Position numbers and translations under genes: made by a program
From: Malacoraja senta
Lineage: Eukaryota
Reading direction: 5' to 3'
DNA length: 64,000 nt
Assembly: GCA_038087875.1 (NCBI GenBank)
Contig: CM075996.1
Coordinates: forward strand, 3,226,001-3,290,000
Shown here: positions 1 through 12,987 of the stretch, piece by piece
Position numbering within the stretch: position 1 is the stretch's first letter
Layout: each line of letters begins with the position of its first letter
Notes under the pieces: model-generated
The model's database searches: none
Seen by the model: only the letters and a program-made list of their open reading frames with translations
What the model was told of the DNA's origin: nothing

Positions 1-352
1 GGGTGGGGAATGAAAGCTAGAAAGGAGATGAGAGCGGGACAAAGTCTGGCAAGTGATAGGTGAATACAGATATGGGTGGGGGATCTTTGATTGGCACATA
101 GTTGGGCAAGAGCCACAAATAAGAAGACAAAAAGTATGGATTAATGAAATAAGGATAGAAGAGGTGTGAATAGCGAAGCCATAGGAAGGAATATTGATGG
201 AAGGGGATGGGAAAGGGAGAAATTAGAGCGCATCCAGGTGGGACATAGGGAAGAGAGGGGAAAGGTTGAAGGGGGGGGGGGGGGGGAGGATGATGAGAGG
301 AAAGAGAAGCGGTTTGTAGTATTAACATAAATTGGAGAATTCGATGTTCACA
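1..352 (-). mobile_element. 3' end of a Penelope-like element (pyrimidine-rich 3' region plus the last codons of the GIY-YIG ORF)
   Basis: The reverse complement of ~330-352 reads GGTGTGAACATCGAATTCTCCAAT (GVNIEFSN), matching the ORF end GMNIDFSNFR* of the PLE copy at 12645-12806. A C/T-rich tract follows it. Confidence 0.55.
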
Positions 353-999
353 CCTGTGGAGAATTCTGCTCAAATTTGTCACGTTCTATGTCTGCTAGAA
401 GTTGGCATGCAAGCCATGATTCTAAACCTCATTAACAGACACCATGTCAATGACCCAGAATATTACAGTCCTATTGTAGGCCGGGGCCCAGTCAGGTTGC
501 ATCACAATTCCAACTATTGCCTCCATCTTCCTCACTATAATATTGCGCTTCACCTCCAGAACGTTTTCAGCTGGAATGGAGTTTATCGAAGGGTTAATTA
601 AATAATTCTATTCACCTCAACTCCACTCCAGAATTTTATTCATTGATCTGCAGTAAATCAGATGGCAGTTTCAGACGTACACATTTTCAGAGGCTGAGGG
701 TCAAGACACTGCAGACTAATTTACTGAATCATGCAAGAGAATGTGCCTTGCATTAAAGATACATAAACAAAACGATCTCTACCAACCTAGCCTTGCTAGA
801 TACGATTTCCCACCCACAGCAACTTCTTCCACAATTAAATCTACATGGTACATTTTCTCTGCCTCATGAGCCACCTTTCACTGGAGGCAGACAATGTAAA
901 AACACCATCATCTCTAGTCTTCATCAGCACAGTCTTCATGATTTAAGACAGACACAAACCATTACCTATTGGGCAAATGATCTATACCTTCCTTGATCT

Positions 1000-1585
1000 T
1001 CAAATACTCTTCTCTTTAAATTATGAAGACTCTACTGGTACAGTGGAGATGATGTTGAATTTTCGAAATGGTATCTACCTTCAGATACTTGGACAGTCTA
1101 CAGCAGGCATCTCAAAGAACTGGAAGGATACAGTCAATACTGTTTTCACAGAATCTTCCAAATTCAGAGTGGATGGGTGAACCAACATTAGTATCTGCTC
1201 CCAGCCAACATCAAGGCTCCAATTGTACTCAGTGGCATCCGATGGGCAGGCCACAACATTCGCATGCTCAAATCAGACAGCCGAAGCAGGCATCTACTCT
1301 AGGCTCCTTTCTACAGTGAGAGATTCTCAGAATTTTGACACTGTGTCTGACATTCGTGAGAGGTAGCGCCAGGAATGTAGAATTTGGAAATGTTCTACTG
1401 CCTCATTGTGAACCTTTATTGTTTGGAACAAGGGTGCAAGTTGTGCCACCTGTGGTAGTCTGCAGATACCACGATGGCCTCAAGGCCCCATGGTATTGGA
1501 GAAGCAAGGCATCTTCAACTGCTAGGCAACCCAAGGAAGATCACTTTAAGGCATATCAAATTAAAAAGTTATTCCCACCTTAAAA
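1000..1585 (+). mobile_element. Decayed RTE-clade LINE, C-terminal ORF remnant
   Basis: Broken frames give WKDTVNTVF, IRWAGHNIRM and RQPKEDHFKA-like segments, resembling the RTE C-terminus (WKDRV.N / LRWAGHV.RM / GRP.KRFKD). Many stops and frameshifts; boundaries approximate. Confidence 0.45.
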
Positions 1586-2860
1586 GGGTCTAGCGTTTCT
1601 TTACAAATCAATCCCAAGATGCTCAGGCAGCAGTGTATCAATTTTCTATCATTGTGGGAAAAGTACATGGTCATTGTGTACTGGTTCCCTCTAATGGACT
1701 CACTGTTTAACAGCAGATGGAAAACAAATCAGTGGCTGCATTCCTCAAGGGAGTGCATTCCCAAACCAGAAAAAAATGAAAGCCTTTGATGAACAGCTTT
1801 TAGAATATTTTCCATATCTGGCCCTGGAAAGCTTCGAATCCTAAGCACAAATTTCTAACAGTTGAAATATTCCATTTTGGACTTTGCTTCTTTCCAGCTC
1901 TGGCCAAAAAGTTGCAAAAGCACGAGTTTGCTTCATTATTAGCCATTCCTGATGCACAATTGCATCCCACAACTCTCTCTCATCTTAAATGAATCAAAAC
2001 ATCACCTTTTCCACATCTGGTTTAGAGCTCAGTGTTCAACAATGACAAGCACAATATAATGGACATCAGCCTTTCTCTCACACGCAGAACTCTGATCTTC
2101 GCCAAGCTGATTCGCCAAAGGCATGACTGCCATTATCCCAAGTAGGCTCAACTGCACAATAACTGGGGTAAAGAAATACTCTGCATGAGAAACACCAGAA
2201 ATGCTCCACAGGTGGAGGAAGAAAGGGCGTATTTAAAATAGATCCACAACGTTCCAACATCTTACGTTGAGTTGAATGCCAGAATTTTTGTATCTTCCAT
2301 TTGAATCAACAGTTCCATTTGAACCAACCCTTCAATGAAATACGGCGATTTAAAGAGAGTACAAGGTACTACATACAGGTTATTTAGCGTATCAACAGCA
2401 GGAAAATGTCTGTTATGAAGGATGCAAAACACCAACGGAATCAAACAGAATCATCATTGATTTATGAAAAAGATATTAATTTATGGTTACCTAGTATTAT
2501 GGTTATTAATTTATTATATTGGTTATGTTATCTGTGTCTTGCATTTACCTGTTAAGCTGCATTAAGTAAGAATTTCAATGCTGTTGATGAAAGACCTGCA
2601 TCACAGGTGGTGTACAAAATTATAGCACCTCCAGAAGGGGTAATACACAGATTTGGATTGAAATTTAGTTGGTAGAATAGGAATAAATGCTTTTTTTTCA
2701 CTCCAGTGTGGGAGGTAGCAGAGGAAACAGTGCACAGACCTGAGTGCGATTATAAATTCAATAAGGCTTCTTGACAATTCAGACGTCCAGTGAGTGGCAA
2801 ATTCATGGCAGATTATATAACATGTGTAATTAACATCTTTGGTAAAAAATAAAGGCAATA

Positions 2861-3298
2861 CAGGCCCTCGCGTTTTACAGAGGAGTTACATGCTTGAAAA
2901 ACAGTGTGTAATTCAAAAACGCGTAAAAAAGTGCGACTGCACTGTCAGTAGTAAATTTGAGTGCATTATTATGAAAATACTGGTGCATAATCAAGGTTTG
3001 GTATTCGAGGAACAAGTGCGTTATTTTAACAACAGCGCATGTAAAACGTGAGATGCCTGTATTATTTATATGATGAGAGATTGGGAAATGAATGTACAGA
3101 CACCTAGATGTCAATGTACATGAGTCCTTGAAGGAGAGCATGTAGTTACAGCAAACAACAGGAAAGTTGGCCATTGCATAAGGTTGAGTACAAGAGCAAA
3201 ATCTGAGAACCTGGATAGATAAGATGCTGGAAAGGGGGAGGGGGCGACATAGCAAGGGTAATATGTTTTTTCTACTGGGACTATAAAACAGGGTCCTG
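2861..3298. mobile_element. Tc1/pogo-like MITE remnant, apparently containing a CR1 fragment
   Basis: Imperfect TIRs CAGGCCCTCGCGTTTTACAG / CTATAAAACAGGGTCCTG. TA on the left flank; the right flank is TT. Confidence 0.45.
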
Positions 3299-4097
3299 TT
3301 TCAGACAAAAACGCTAAAGGGATTTCTTCATACAGGTGGTGAATCTGCAGAATTAAGTTGGTGAACCAGTGGCATTTTGTACCTCCGACGCTGTGGAGGC
3401 TAAGTCACTCAATATGTTTAAAAAGGAGACGATAGATTGCTAGATGAAAAAGCTGTCAAGGAGTATGGAGAGAGAGCAGAAGAATGGTACTGATTGAGAA
3501 TCAATGAACTGCAAACAAATCTGCAGCTACTCCAGATGTTATGCTCCCATAGACCAACTTTAATAATTCTAAGATTTTGTAATTATAGAATATGTAAATT
3601 TTCACATATAGAACAGCGAAAAAAATAATCACATTAAGAACTTTGTCAAGTATGAGTGTCCACACATAATTCCAGAAATTAAGGTCTGCCAGATGGGATT
3701 CAGCTAGAACTACAAGCAGGAACAAAAGAAAATGTGTACTAGACTTCTGTAGTGACAAAATAACTTTATTTTTGTACCCAGAAAAAAATGTTGTCAGAGA
3801 CTGAAGCAACATGTTCAAATCAATATGCACAGGTCTCTAGAGATAGAAGAATTGGGGCTGTAATTAATTAAATGACAATTTCATATTATGGGTCTTGCAA
3901 CCAACGAAACTTCATTTACATGCACCCAAGCCTCAACAATCTGGGCTGATGACCACACATCACTCCCGCTGTTCAGTAATTCATTTATCTTATTTGAAGT
4001 GGAGAAAACAAATCAAAATGTTTTCTGTCATCGTGACTAGTTGGAGGGTTTGACATGGTAAAAAAGGAAAATTAACCAAGATCTAATTATTGAGCAA

Positions 4098-4405
4098 AAA
4101 ACACAAAGTGCTGGAGGAACTCAAGATTCTATTTAATTGTCACATGTACCAATTAAGGTGCAGTGAAATTCGAGTAAAGTGAAACATGTACCAATTAAGG
4201 TACAGTGAAACTCAGCTTGTCAGGCCGCAACTGTGGAAGGAATGGACAAATACCATTTCAGGTCAGGAGCCTTCTTTGGACTCAAGAAAGGTCCTAATCC
4301 AAAACATCGTCTGTCCATTCCCTCCAGATGCTGCCTGACCCAATAAGTTCTCCCAGCACTTTGTTTTTTGCTCAAGATTCCAGCATCTGCAGTTTCTTGC
4401 ATCTC
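4098..4405. mobile_element. PLE-derived inverted-repeat (foldback) element
   Basis: Arms of the window-wide family (CACAAAGTGCTGGAG.AACTCAG ... CTGAGTT.CTCCAGCA.TTTG) in inverted orientation, with a small internal insertion. Confidence 0.6.
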
Positions 4406-5677
4406 CACGATCTAATTATTTCTGCTTTTCTGTTGTATGCGATTGAAAGTACAAACAGTTGTGACACCTTTTACAGCTGAATAACCATTTATTTGATGTT
4501 TAGACACATCAGGTGCAGAAGACTCAAAATACTACTGGGTGTACAGCATTGCCATGCTAGTATTTTCAGGGGCTAGGGCAGGAAATTGGATCAACCAAGT
4601 CAATTTTTGAGCAATTGGATTTGTGGCTAATGACTGCAGTTAAAAAAGACCTTAAGTAATGAACATCAAACATACGGGGATAGCCTGAAATCAGTTCTGA
4701 AAGAACACCTCTCACCTACTTTCGAAATAAAACACCTTTGAGTTTTCTGCATATGGGTCAATGTAAGAAACATAGATCTATCAAGACTAATCATTTCACA
4801 AATAGGAGATCTCAATGAGAAGCTGCTCAACCTGGCTGATGTTGCAATGTTAATTCCTTAAAAATGATTATGGAATTTGTAATGTTAAAGGCACCTTACA
4901 CTCAGGCAGAATAACAAAACTGCCTCAATAGTCATTGATATAACCGAGTTAAGTACCAGCCTCAAATTACCAGGTGCTTTGAATTATTGGACGTTAACTC
5001 AGAACTATAGATTCACAACAATGGGACAAAGCACTTATGAGAACAGAGTCACATCCAACTGTTAATTGGTCTTCAGAAAGCTACTGCACCAAATGAGGAG
5101 CAAATAATTAAAGTGGACATGGCCTCCCAGAACTCTCAGATTATACAATATGGATTGGATTCAGGGAGGAAGATGTCTGAAAGAGAGACCGGTCTTGGAA
5201 TAAGAGATAAAGCATTTAGGACTGAGGTGAAGAGGAATGTCATCAGAAAATGGAGAAGACAATGGAGGCCATGACACTGAATATATTTGAGGTCGATGAA
5301 TTTTAAGATAAAAGGCAGCAAGGTGTATGGAGACACCACAGCAACAATATTGAAAAAAAGAGTAACAACTTTTCAGAATGGCAGAGCAAGCTCAAAGGGT
5401 TGAATGGCGGCACGGACTTGAAGGGCCGAGATGGCCTGTTTCCGTGCTGTTATGGTTATATGGTTATATGGCCTAATCAGCTCCCACGTAAACACCAGAT
5501 GGGCAGAATGGTCTATAATTCCACTGTAAAACTGTTGAATCTGGTCTATATAAAACAAGACACTTAAAAGATCAATTCCTCCACAAGATACTCTTCTATT
5601 GTTAATGTTTACTCTATAATATATTTCTTTAAAGGTTAACATGCATAGAGTACCCTATATTTTCACTTCTAGAATTA

Positions 5678-5962
5678 CAGTAAAACTCCAATAATCCACT
5701 CTGGAATTATTCAGACATCTACAGTTTGGCATTTGGCTCACCAGGTACTATGCCCCCTTCAACTGATCAGGGACCCCACTTATTGTACTCCCTTTAAACT
5801 TATCCGGTTCAATAGAAATGAATTATGGTACTGCATAACTTTTTTTTTTTAAAGGCAAATTAAAAGTGTCTTGGCCTATTAATAGGAAATAACATCAAAT
5901 AGTTCAGCAAATCTGATAGTAAGACACTAAAGTCTTGAGTGTGCTGGATTAGAGCTTTACTG
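5678..5962. mobile_element. Tc1/mariner-pogo (Tigger-like) MITE
   Basis: TA|CAGTAAAACTCCAATAATCCA ... TGGATTAGAGCTTTACTG|TA: imperfect TIRs with a TA target duplication on both sides. Confidence 0.65.
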
Positions 5963-6649
5963 TATTACAAGCCACTTCTAATCTAAAGTTGTCGATCCTT
6001 GCTGCACAACAATGTTAGAAGCATCCCACATGAACATTCTCTATCTTTCATGCAACACACACATTTGAGTCGACCTATACTTATATAAAGTCGTTGCCAG
6101 AGACCTGGATTAAATCCTGACAATGGCCGCTATCTGTACTGAGTTTGTACGGTCTCCCTGTGACTGCTGGTTTTCTCCAGGTGCCATACCTATTTTAATA
6201 CCCAGTTCACCCAAATAATGGCAACAGAAATTCACATTATTTGGGGGGGGGGGGGGGGGGCAAACTGTGCCAGACAGAAGATTTAATTATATTTCATTAG
6301 CTTTTAGTGAGGTGCAAGAGTTGCACAGTAACAGGTGAGATTATTACAACACATTAAGAATGCATAAGAAACAGTGTAGGTTGAGTGAGTTATACAAACA
6401 CTTCCTCGGCCTAAGAGTCAGAAGACTGTGTAAAAGTGTATACAAACATCTCTTCAGTTTATTAATTCTGTTCCACTCGTTTAGGTGACCAGTCCCCTGC
6501 CTGCAGTCCATGCATACCTCACCGATACTCAAACATGGCCAGAACATGATGGGTGTTGAGTATTTCCCCAGCCCAGCCATCCAGCCCTCCCTTCATCCAT
6601 CCTTTCCTCTCCTCCCTCCACCCCCCCTCATTCAGCCAGAGGGAGGGAT

Positions 6650-6990
6650 AGTGGGGAGAGAGGGAGGGGTGCAGAGGGGCTAGGGATGATTGGAGGGGTG
6701 GAGGGGAGAGAGAGAGGGATGGAGGGGAGAGAGGGATGGAGAGAGAGGGATGGAGGGGAGAGAGGGAGGGATGGAGAGAGAGGGAGCGATGGAGGGAGGG
6801 AGAGGGATAGAGGGATGGAGGGGAGAGAGGGATGGAGGGCGAGATAGAGAGGGATGGAGGGGAGAGAGGGATGGAGGCTGAGAGAGGGATGGAGGGAGAG
6901 GGAGAGAGAGGGAGGGATGGAGGGAGAGAGAGGGATGGAGAGAGAGGGATGGAGGAAGAGGGGAGAAGATTATATAGAGGGATGGAGGGA
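6650..6990. repeat. Purine-rich (GGAGGGAGAGAGGGAT-like) low-complexity tandem repeat
   Basis: Directly visible G/A tandem units; explains several spurious Pro- and Glu-rich ORFs. Confidence 0.95.
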
Positions 6991-7019
6991 AAGATGGGGT
7001 GTATAATTCACCCCCCACA

Positions 7020-7570
7020 CACACACCGCAGCCACGCCCAGTGTGGCGGCCTGGTTCCGCGCCGGCGCCCGGGAGAGGCCGCGCTTACCTGTCGCGGAGT
7101 GGCGGGTGTGGGAGCCGCGGCCCGGGGCTGTGTGTGTGTGTGTGTGTGCGCGCGTCCCTCTCCCCTCCCGCTCCCGCTCCTCATTCACATCCACAGAACA
7201 ACAAGGGACTGCTGCAACATGGCGGCGCCAGGACCCCGCCACCCCCTCAGGACCCCGCCCCAGCCACCTGCCGCCTGCCGCCAGGCCACCGGAAAAAAAA
7301 ACCGACCGCCGCCAGGTGCCCACGCCGCGCAATTTTACCCAGTGCAACACCTTGCCACAGCCCTCCCCCATGCAGGTTGGACACTAAAACGTTGAATGGT
7401 CTTGTGTTGGGGTTTTTTGGCGGGGGTGGGGGGGGGAAGGGAAAGAGGGGAAAATTCAGGCGCGTGTTTCGCTACCTAAAAGTGGGGTCCCGAACCGGTT
7501 GGAGCCGGTTCTGTCCGGCTTCGGTTTGAAAAAAAACCGTTAGGGTCTCGTCCTGCCGGCGATCCTCGTA
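7020..7570. promoter_or_regulatory. CpG island / promoter
   Basis: High CpG density against a CpG-depleted background; YY1-type motif AACATGGCGGC near 7216-7226; GC boxes. Confidence 0.75.
7089..7230 (-). other. Probable first (likely non-coding) exon of an unidentified minus-strand gene
   Basis: Strong donor CAG|GTAAGC on - (exon ends at 7089) inside the CpG island. 5' end approximate. No downstream exon recognised in the window. Confidence 0.55.
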
Positions 7571-7763
7571 TGTTTTCTATTTTTTCTTTCTTGTATATTA
7601 ATATATATATATAATTCATCATTTTATTCTTTACACAAAGAAGGATAATGTTAAATGCTTCTCCACCCACCCTCCCCTCGCTAAAAAAATAACCCCATCT
7701 GACAGGAGAAAAGGCCAAGGAATGTTCTAGAAGCCGCCACTTGGCGTCACCCTGGAGCAGCGG

Positions 7764-7775
7764 TGACGTCATTGG
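7764..7775. promoter_or_regulatory. Palindromic CRE (TGACGTCA) overlapping a CCAAT box
   Basis: TGACGTCATTGG at 7764-7775, next to the CpG island. Confidence 0.5.
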
Positions 7776-8485
7776 TCTAACATTTAATACTTCTTCTTGT
7801 GCAAAATGGAAGAAAGATGCCAAAGGCTCAATGGAGGCGAAGCTGTTCCCATGAGTGAGGGCGGTGCTGCTGTCGCGGCTCCAGTGGGTGGCACTAGGCA
7901 TGTGGGCGGTGGTGGTGCACCCATAGGGTGGTGGTGCACCCATAGGGTGGTGGTGCACCCATAGGGTGGTGGTGCGCCCATAGGTGGGGGTGGGTGGCAT
8001 CAGATGGGTGGCATGGCGCTCCCATGGTTTGCATCGGGTCGGTTGACGTTCAATGGGTGGCATTAGGTGTGTGTGTGTGTGTATGAGGTGCACCCAGAGG
8101 TGGCATGGTGCTCCCATGGTTTGCATCGGGTCGGGTGTCGTTCAGTGGGTGGCATCAGGTGTGTGTGTATGAGGTGCACCCAGAGGTGGCATGGCGCTCC
8201 CATGGTTTGCATCGGTAGGGTGAAGTTGAGTGGGTGGCATTAGGTGTGTGTGAATTAGGTGCACCCAGAGGTGGGATGAGTGAGTGGTTCCAATCGGTGG
8301 CACGGGGCTCCCATGGTTTGCATCGGGTGGGGTGAAGTTGAGTGGGTGGCATTAGGTGTGTGTAACGTGCACCTGGAGGTAGGATTGGAGGGTGGTTCCA
8401 ATGGGTGCCATCAGATGGGTGGCATGGGGCTCCCATGGTTTGCATTAGGTAGGGTGAAGTTCAGTGGGTGGCATTAGGTGTGAGG

Positions 8486-8740
8486 GTTCAGGAATAGCTA
8501 CTTCCCCACAGCCATCAGGCTATTAAATTTGGCTCGGACAAAACTCTGAACATTAATAGCCCATTATCTGTTATTTGCACTTTATCAGTTTATTTATTCA
8601 TGTGTGTATTTACGTATATAATGGTATATGGACACACTGATCTGTTTTGTAGTCAATGCCTACTATGTTCTGTTGTGCTGAAGCAAAGCAAGAATTTCAT
8701 TGTCCTGTCAGGGACACATGACAATGAACTCTCTTGACTC
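8486..8740 (+). mobile_element. Rex1/Babar-type LINE 3' end
   Basis: TTCAGGAATAGCTACTTCCCCACAGCCATCAGGCT plus a 3' UTR matching 56750-57015 and the reverse complement of 38432-38700. Confidence 0.8.
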
Positions 8741-8811
8741 CAAAGGTGGGATGAGTGGGCGGTTCCAATGGGTGACATTAGATGGAGGTGGGTGGAGCTG
8801 CCATGGTTTGC

Positions 8812-9065
8812 TTTAGTTTAGAGATACAGCGCGGAAACAGGCCCTTCAGCCCACCAATCCGCACCAACCGAAGATCCCGCACATAAACACTATCCTACAC
8901 ACACTAGGGACAATTTACACTTATACCAAGCCAATTTACCTACATACCTGTACGTCTTTGGAGTGGAAACCGAAGATCTCGGAGAAAACCCACACAGTCA
9001 CGGGAGAACATACACACTCCATACAGACAGCACGCATAATCTGGATCGAACTCGGGTCTGCAGTG
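8812..9065 (-). mobile_element. tRNA-derived SINE with CR1-type tail (HE1-like)
   Basis: B-box-like GAGTTCGATCC on -, body GGGTTTTCTCCG, tail GGGCCTGTTTCCGCGCTGTATCTCTAAACTAAA. Related copies at ~18865-19160, 22130-22310, 25114-25370, 27830-28035, 30590-30820 and 47700-47995. Confidence 0.75.
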
Positions 9066-9829
9066 CTGCCTGGTGGGGTGAAGTTCAGAGGGTTGCATTA
9101 GGTGTGTGTGAGGTGCATCCATAGTCCTATGCTCCGCCGGCTCAAATATCAGTAAAGCTTGTTGGTTTTACCTAACTTATTGTGAGTTGTCTTTTAAGAA
9201 ATGAACTTTAACAATTCGGTGGGGTGGCTGGTTTTCCAATGTGTGTCATCAGATGGTGGTGAGTGGAGTTCCCATGATTTGCATTAGATGGGTTGAAGTT
9301 TAATGGGTAGCAATAGGTGTGTGTGAGGTACACCTTCTCACTCTCTTTGTAGTTTCTGGAGATTTTAGTATTCTATCTAGTGGCAGATGAGTGGAAAAAG
9401 AAAACGATTTGCATTTTTATCGTGTCTTTCATGACATCGGGATATCTCAAAGTATCGTTAGATTAAGGAATAAATATTGACTGGACATCAGTAAGAAATT
9501 CCCTGCTCTTTCAGGATTGTGACATGCAATCACTTATACATCAGAGAGAACAGACAGTCTTTGGGTAAATGTTTCACCAAGGACACAGTAACTCGGATAC
9601 AACAACAGTTCCTCAGTGCTGCATTTGAGTGTGAGCTCCGATGTTTTGTGTTCAGGACACTCACATGGGAACTGAATGCATAACTTCTGGTGTATAGTGA
9701 ATAATATTGCCAAAAAGACACAAGGCAACATGAATATATTACTTGTCTCAGATATGATGATGCCCAACTTGGATTATGTGAAGTCTGAATTATTGTATAA
9801 GCTTGCCAGTCCACTAGCAGGTGCTTACA

Positions 9830-10130
9830 CCAACCTGAAGCCGCGGTCTCCGGTGGGGGAGGCACCGATTCAGGACTTACCTTGACTTTCATTCATCTGG
9901 ACGCCCGCAGTGGCGACTGCGGAGGGTTGAGGTCCCGACCACGGGGGGAAATGGAGGAGGACTGGCCAAATTTTGTGCCTTCCACCACAGTGATGAATGC
10001 TGTGGTGGATGTTTGTGTTGCATTTTTATTGTGTTTTTGTGTGTTCTTTATCATTGTACCGCTGCTGGCAAATTCATTTCACTTGCACTTTATGTGCAAT
10101 GTGACGAATAAAACCGTATTGTATTGTATT
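9830..10130 (+). mobile_element. Non-autonomous retroposon with a Rex1/Babar-like 3' tail
   Basis: Similar to 24385-24722 and 42185-42368. CCACCACAG/CTGTGGTGG hairpin, 3' stem-loop, AATAAA and a short-tandem tail. Confidence 0.65.
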
Positions 10131-12644
10131 ATTCTGCAGCATTTGAATAGGCTTAGTCATTCTTCATTCGGTTTTACGTAACTTAGACCAGAAGTTATTG
10201 TCGTTGAAAAAGGATACCTGCAAGGTTAAAAATATTGTATTTGCTTAATCTGATATTTTGCTTAAATATCAAATTATGGAATTTTTGCATCGTTGTTTAT
10301 CGCTCAATTAGTTATCAGCCTGGAAGGAACGGTGTTTAGGGACGAGTCTGAAGAGATGTGGTCTTTATGGTGAAGGGACTCCCACAGTGTAAGGGTAAGG
10401 AAATATTAAGATTTTAACCAGGCAGCAGGGATATACTTCTGAGTCAGAAATGGTTGTGATCTACAAGTGATGGTGTTCCTATATTCGTGATCACTTTATT
10501 TTCTAGATGATGGAGATCATAGATTTGAGATGCTGTTGATCAACCCTTGGTGAGTAATTACTGCGTTTTTTTAAAATGGCAAACTGAATCCATGATGAAG
10601 TGAATATCCAGTGGGCTGATGATGCACTTAAGCGATGTTCGTCCGAGTGAGGAGTGCTGACAATTGTAGATGATAGAAAGCCTTTGGGGAATCGGGAAGA
10701 GAGTCACTTACCACACGTCATGTAACTACAGTATTTGTAACTATGATCCAGTTGGGTTTCTGCTCAATAATGACCATGAATCCTACGCTGACCCAGGCTC
10801 ATTGAAGCTACACGAGTCATACTGTATATTTCCTAAGGTCGGTACTCTCGCTGCAGCTCTGAAATGTATCCACATCTTGTATAACATGGCCCGGATCCAA
10901 GCTGTGGTGGCATTACTCAAACACGGCATCAATAAGCAGGTTATTGGTGTGTATTTTTTGTGTACCTTGTGTGTTGTGACTGTCGGCAGACCAATTTCCC
11001 TCCGGGGAAGAATAAAGTTTTATCATATCGTATTTGATGGCAGTGTTGACAATCCTTTTGCCATTTCTGATGTAAAAACAAAAAATGTAGGAAGCACTTA
11101 GCAAGAGAGGAAGCATCAGTAGAAACTGTTTTGGAACTAAAATATTGATTGTTTCCCATTCCACGCGGACCTGCTGAGTGCTTCCTGCATTTTTATTTCA
11201 GATTTCCAACATCTGCAGATTTTTTTGATTTTCAGTCACTGATGGGGTGGTAATTGCCAGATGGATTGTCTTGCTTTTTAAATGGTGTAAAACCATAGGA
11301 AATGTTCCACTGTGCCAGGCTGATGCTACTGCTGTAGCTGGTCTAGAATACCATTCCCACTGTTCAGCAATTTTAAGCTTCTATCGGGAATAATAATACT
11401 TACCAAGATATACTATTGAACGAGGTAAATATTTCTCTTTTGATATCTCGAATTTCCTTTGTCCAGATGAGAAGATGGAAGGGTTTAAACTTGAATTACA
11501 GTGAGGCATTGCTTCAGGCATTTGTTTCTAAAATGCGAACACTGACTGTCGAAAGGGTCTTCTAGACCATAAAGGTGTAATTTTTAATTGTATGATAGCC
11601 AGGTATTTTTCTCGACTTCTCCAGTGACCAACATCTGGTTGAAGCCTGGGGCCTACTTCCATCAAGATTGTTATTGACATAAGTATCTTTGCAATTGAAT
11701 CTTTCCACACAGACTTTGTTATATGAGTCAGGTAGCAGCTCTCATTTAAAATAATCATTGCTCTCAGAACGGCTGCACAATTCATTTTTTAATGGAAGGA
11801 AACAAACTAGGAGTAACCCATTGACAGTATACATGTCTCACAATCATTTTGATTCATCTGTCCTCTTTATGAACAAAAATGTTTTGTTTCTAATAAAAAG
11901 CACTATGTTTAACATATCCCACCCATGAAAACTCGGTAGCCAAGAAACTGTCGACACAGTTCCATTCAACATTCTGGTATTTAACATTCATGAGTGGGGC
12001 CATCTATTAGCAAGATTGATCAGGCCAAATCTGCCCTTTCAGCAGAGTTTTGACCTATAGAGAAATGCTGAAAATGATGCTCAAGTTATCACGCCAAATG
12101 CCCTCGAGTAGACTAATCAATTGGAATTTCATATAATTTCCCGAATGAATCTTCCAAGAGCCTGCAAACGTAGCCAGTTGTCTCAAGAGTCTCACCCCAG
12201 GTTTTTTAAAATACCATATTGAACATTACATGGCAAAAGGCGCATTGTTCCAGTTGCTGAAGGATGTGCTGAAGAAGAGGAATATAAGCATTCCTGGCTT
12301 TGCAACATTAAGAAAATAAACAGGAGTGTGTGTGGGGTGGGGGAGAATGCAAGGATGCAGATGAGAGCAGGGATCAGCCAGAGAAAGGACAGCCACTTAC
12401 AGCCAATAATGCCAATGAACAACAGTTGACGTGGCGCATCTTAGTCGGCATGGACGAAATGGTCTGAAGGGCATGGTTTCCATGCTGTATGGCTCTCTGA
12501 CACACCAATCACATCAGACCTGCACTCTGAATAAATATTATATCTCAGAGGAATATGGGTTAATCAGAGTCCCAACAGAAACTGTCGACGCAGTTCCATT
12601 CAACATTCTGGTATTTAACATTCATGAGTGGAGCCATCTATTAG

Positions 12645-12987
12645 CACTTCAACTCTCCCTCCCATTCCGAATCCGACCTTTCTGTCCTATGCCTCCTCCA
12701 TGGCCAGAGTGAGGCCCACCGTAAATTGGAGGAGCAGCACCTCATATTTCGCAAGGGCAGTTTACACCCCAGCGGTATGAACATTGACTTCTCTAATTTC
12801 AGGTAGTCCCCGCTTTCTCCTCCCCTTCTCTGCTCTCCCTCAGCCCACTGTCTCTGCCTCTTCCTTTCTTCTTTCCGCCCCCACCCTCACATCAGTGAAG
12901 AAGGGTCTCGACCCGAAACGTTGCCTATTTCCTTCGCTCCATAGATGCTGCCTCATCCGCTGAGTTTCTCCAGCATTTTTGTCTACC
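12645..12987 (+). mobile_element. Penelope-like element 3' end (GIY-YIG C-terminus plus pLTR)
   Basis: 12645-12806 encodes HFNSPSHSESDLSVLCLLHGQSEAHRKLEEQHLIFRKGSLHPSGMNIDFSNFR*. It runs directly into the GAAGAAGGGTCTCGACCCGAAACG repeat, which ties that repeat family to PLEs. Confidence 0.8.

Larger units (their letters stand above)
7895..9335. repeat. G-rich minisatellite (19-bp GGTGGTGGTGCACCCATAG units, then ~70-80-bp units), interrupted by retroposons
   Basis: Repeated ...CTCCCATGGTTTGCATCGG...GGGTGGCATTAGGTGTGTG... units from 7895 to 8480, with degenerate units continuing to ~9335. Confidence 0.85.

Noticed and set aside
2078..2444. Two 60-aa minus-strand ORFs as a possible MIEF1 microprotein or exons
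   Set aside because: Non-canonical or weak starts, no LYR motif, no convincing splice sites and no recognisable homology.
6680..7529. Several 110-190 aa ORFs
   Set aside because: By-products of the GA-rich repeat and the CpG island; low complexity and no recognisable domain.
7476..8477. Repeat array as a possible CRISPR, or a His/Pro-rich protein
   Set aside because: Eukaryotic minisatellite with no unique spacers and no cas genes; the ORFs simply mirror the repeat.
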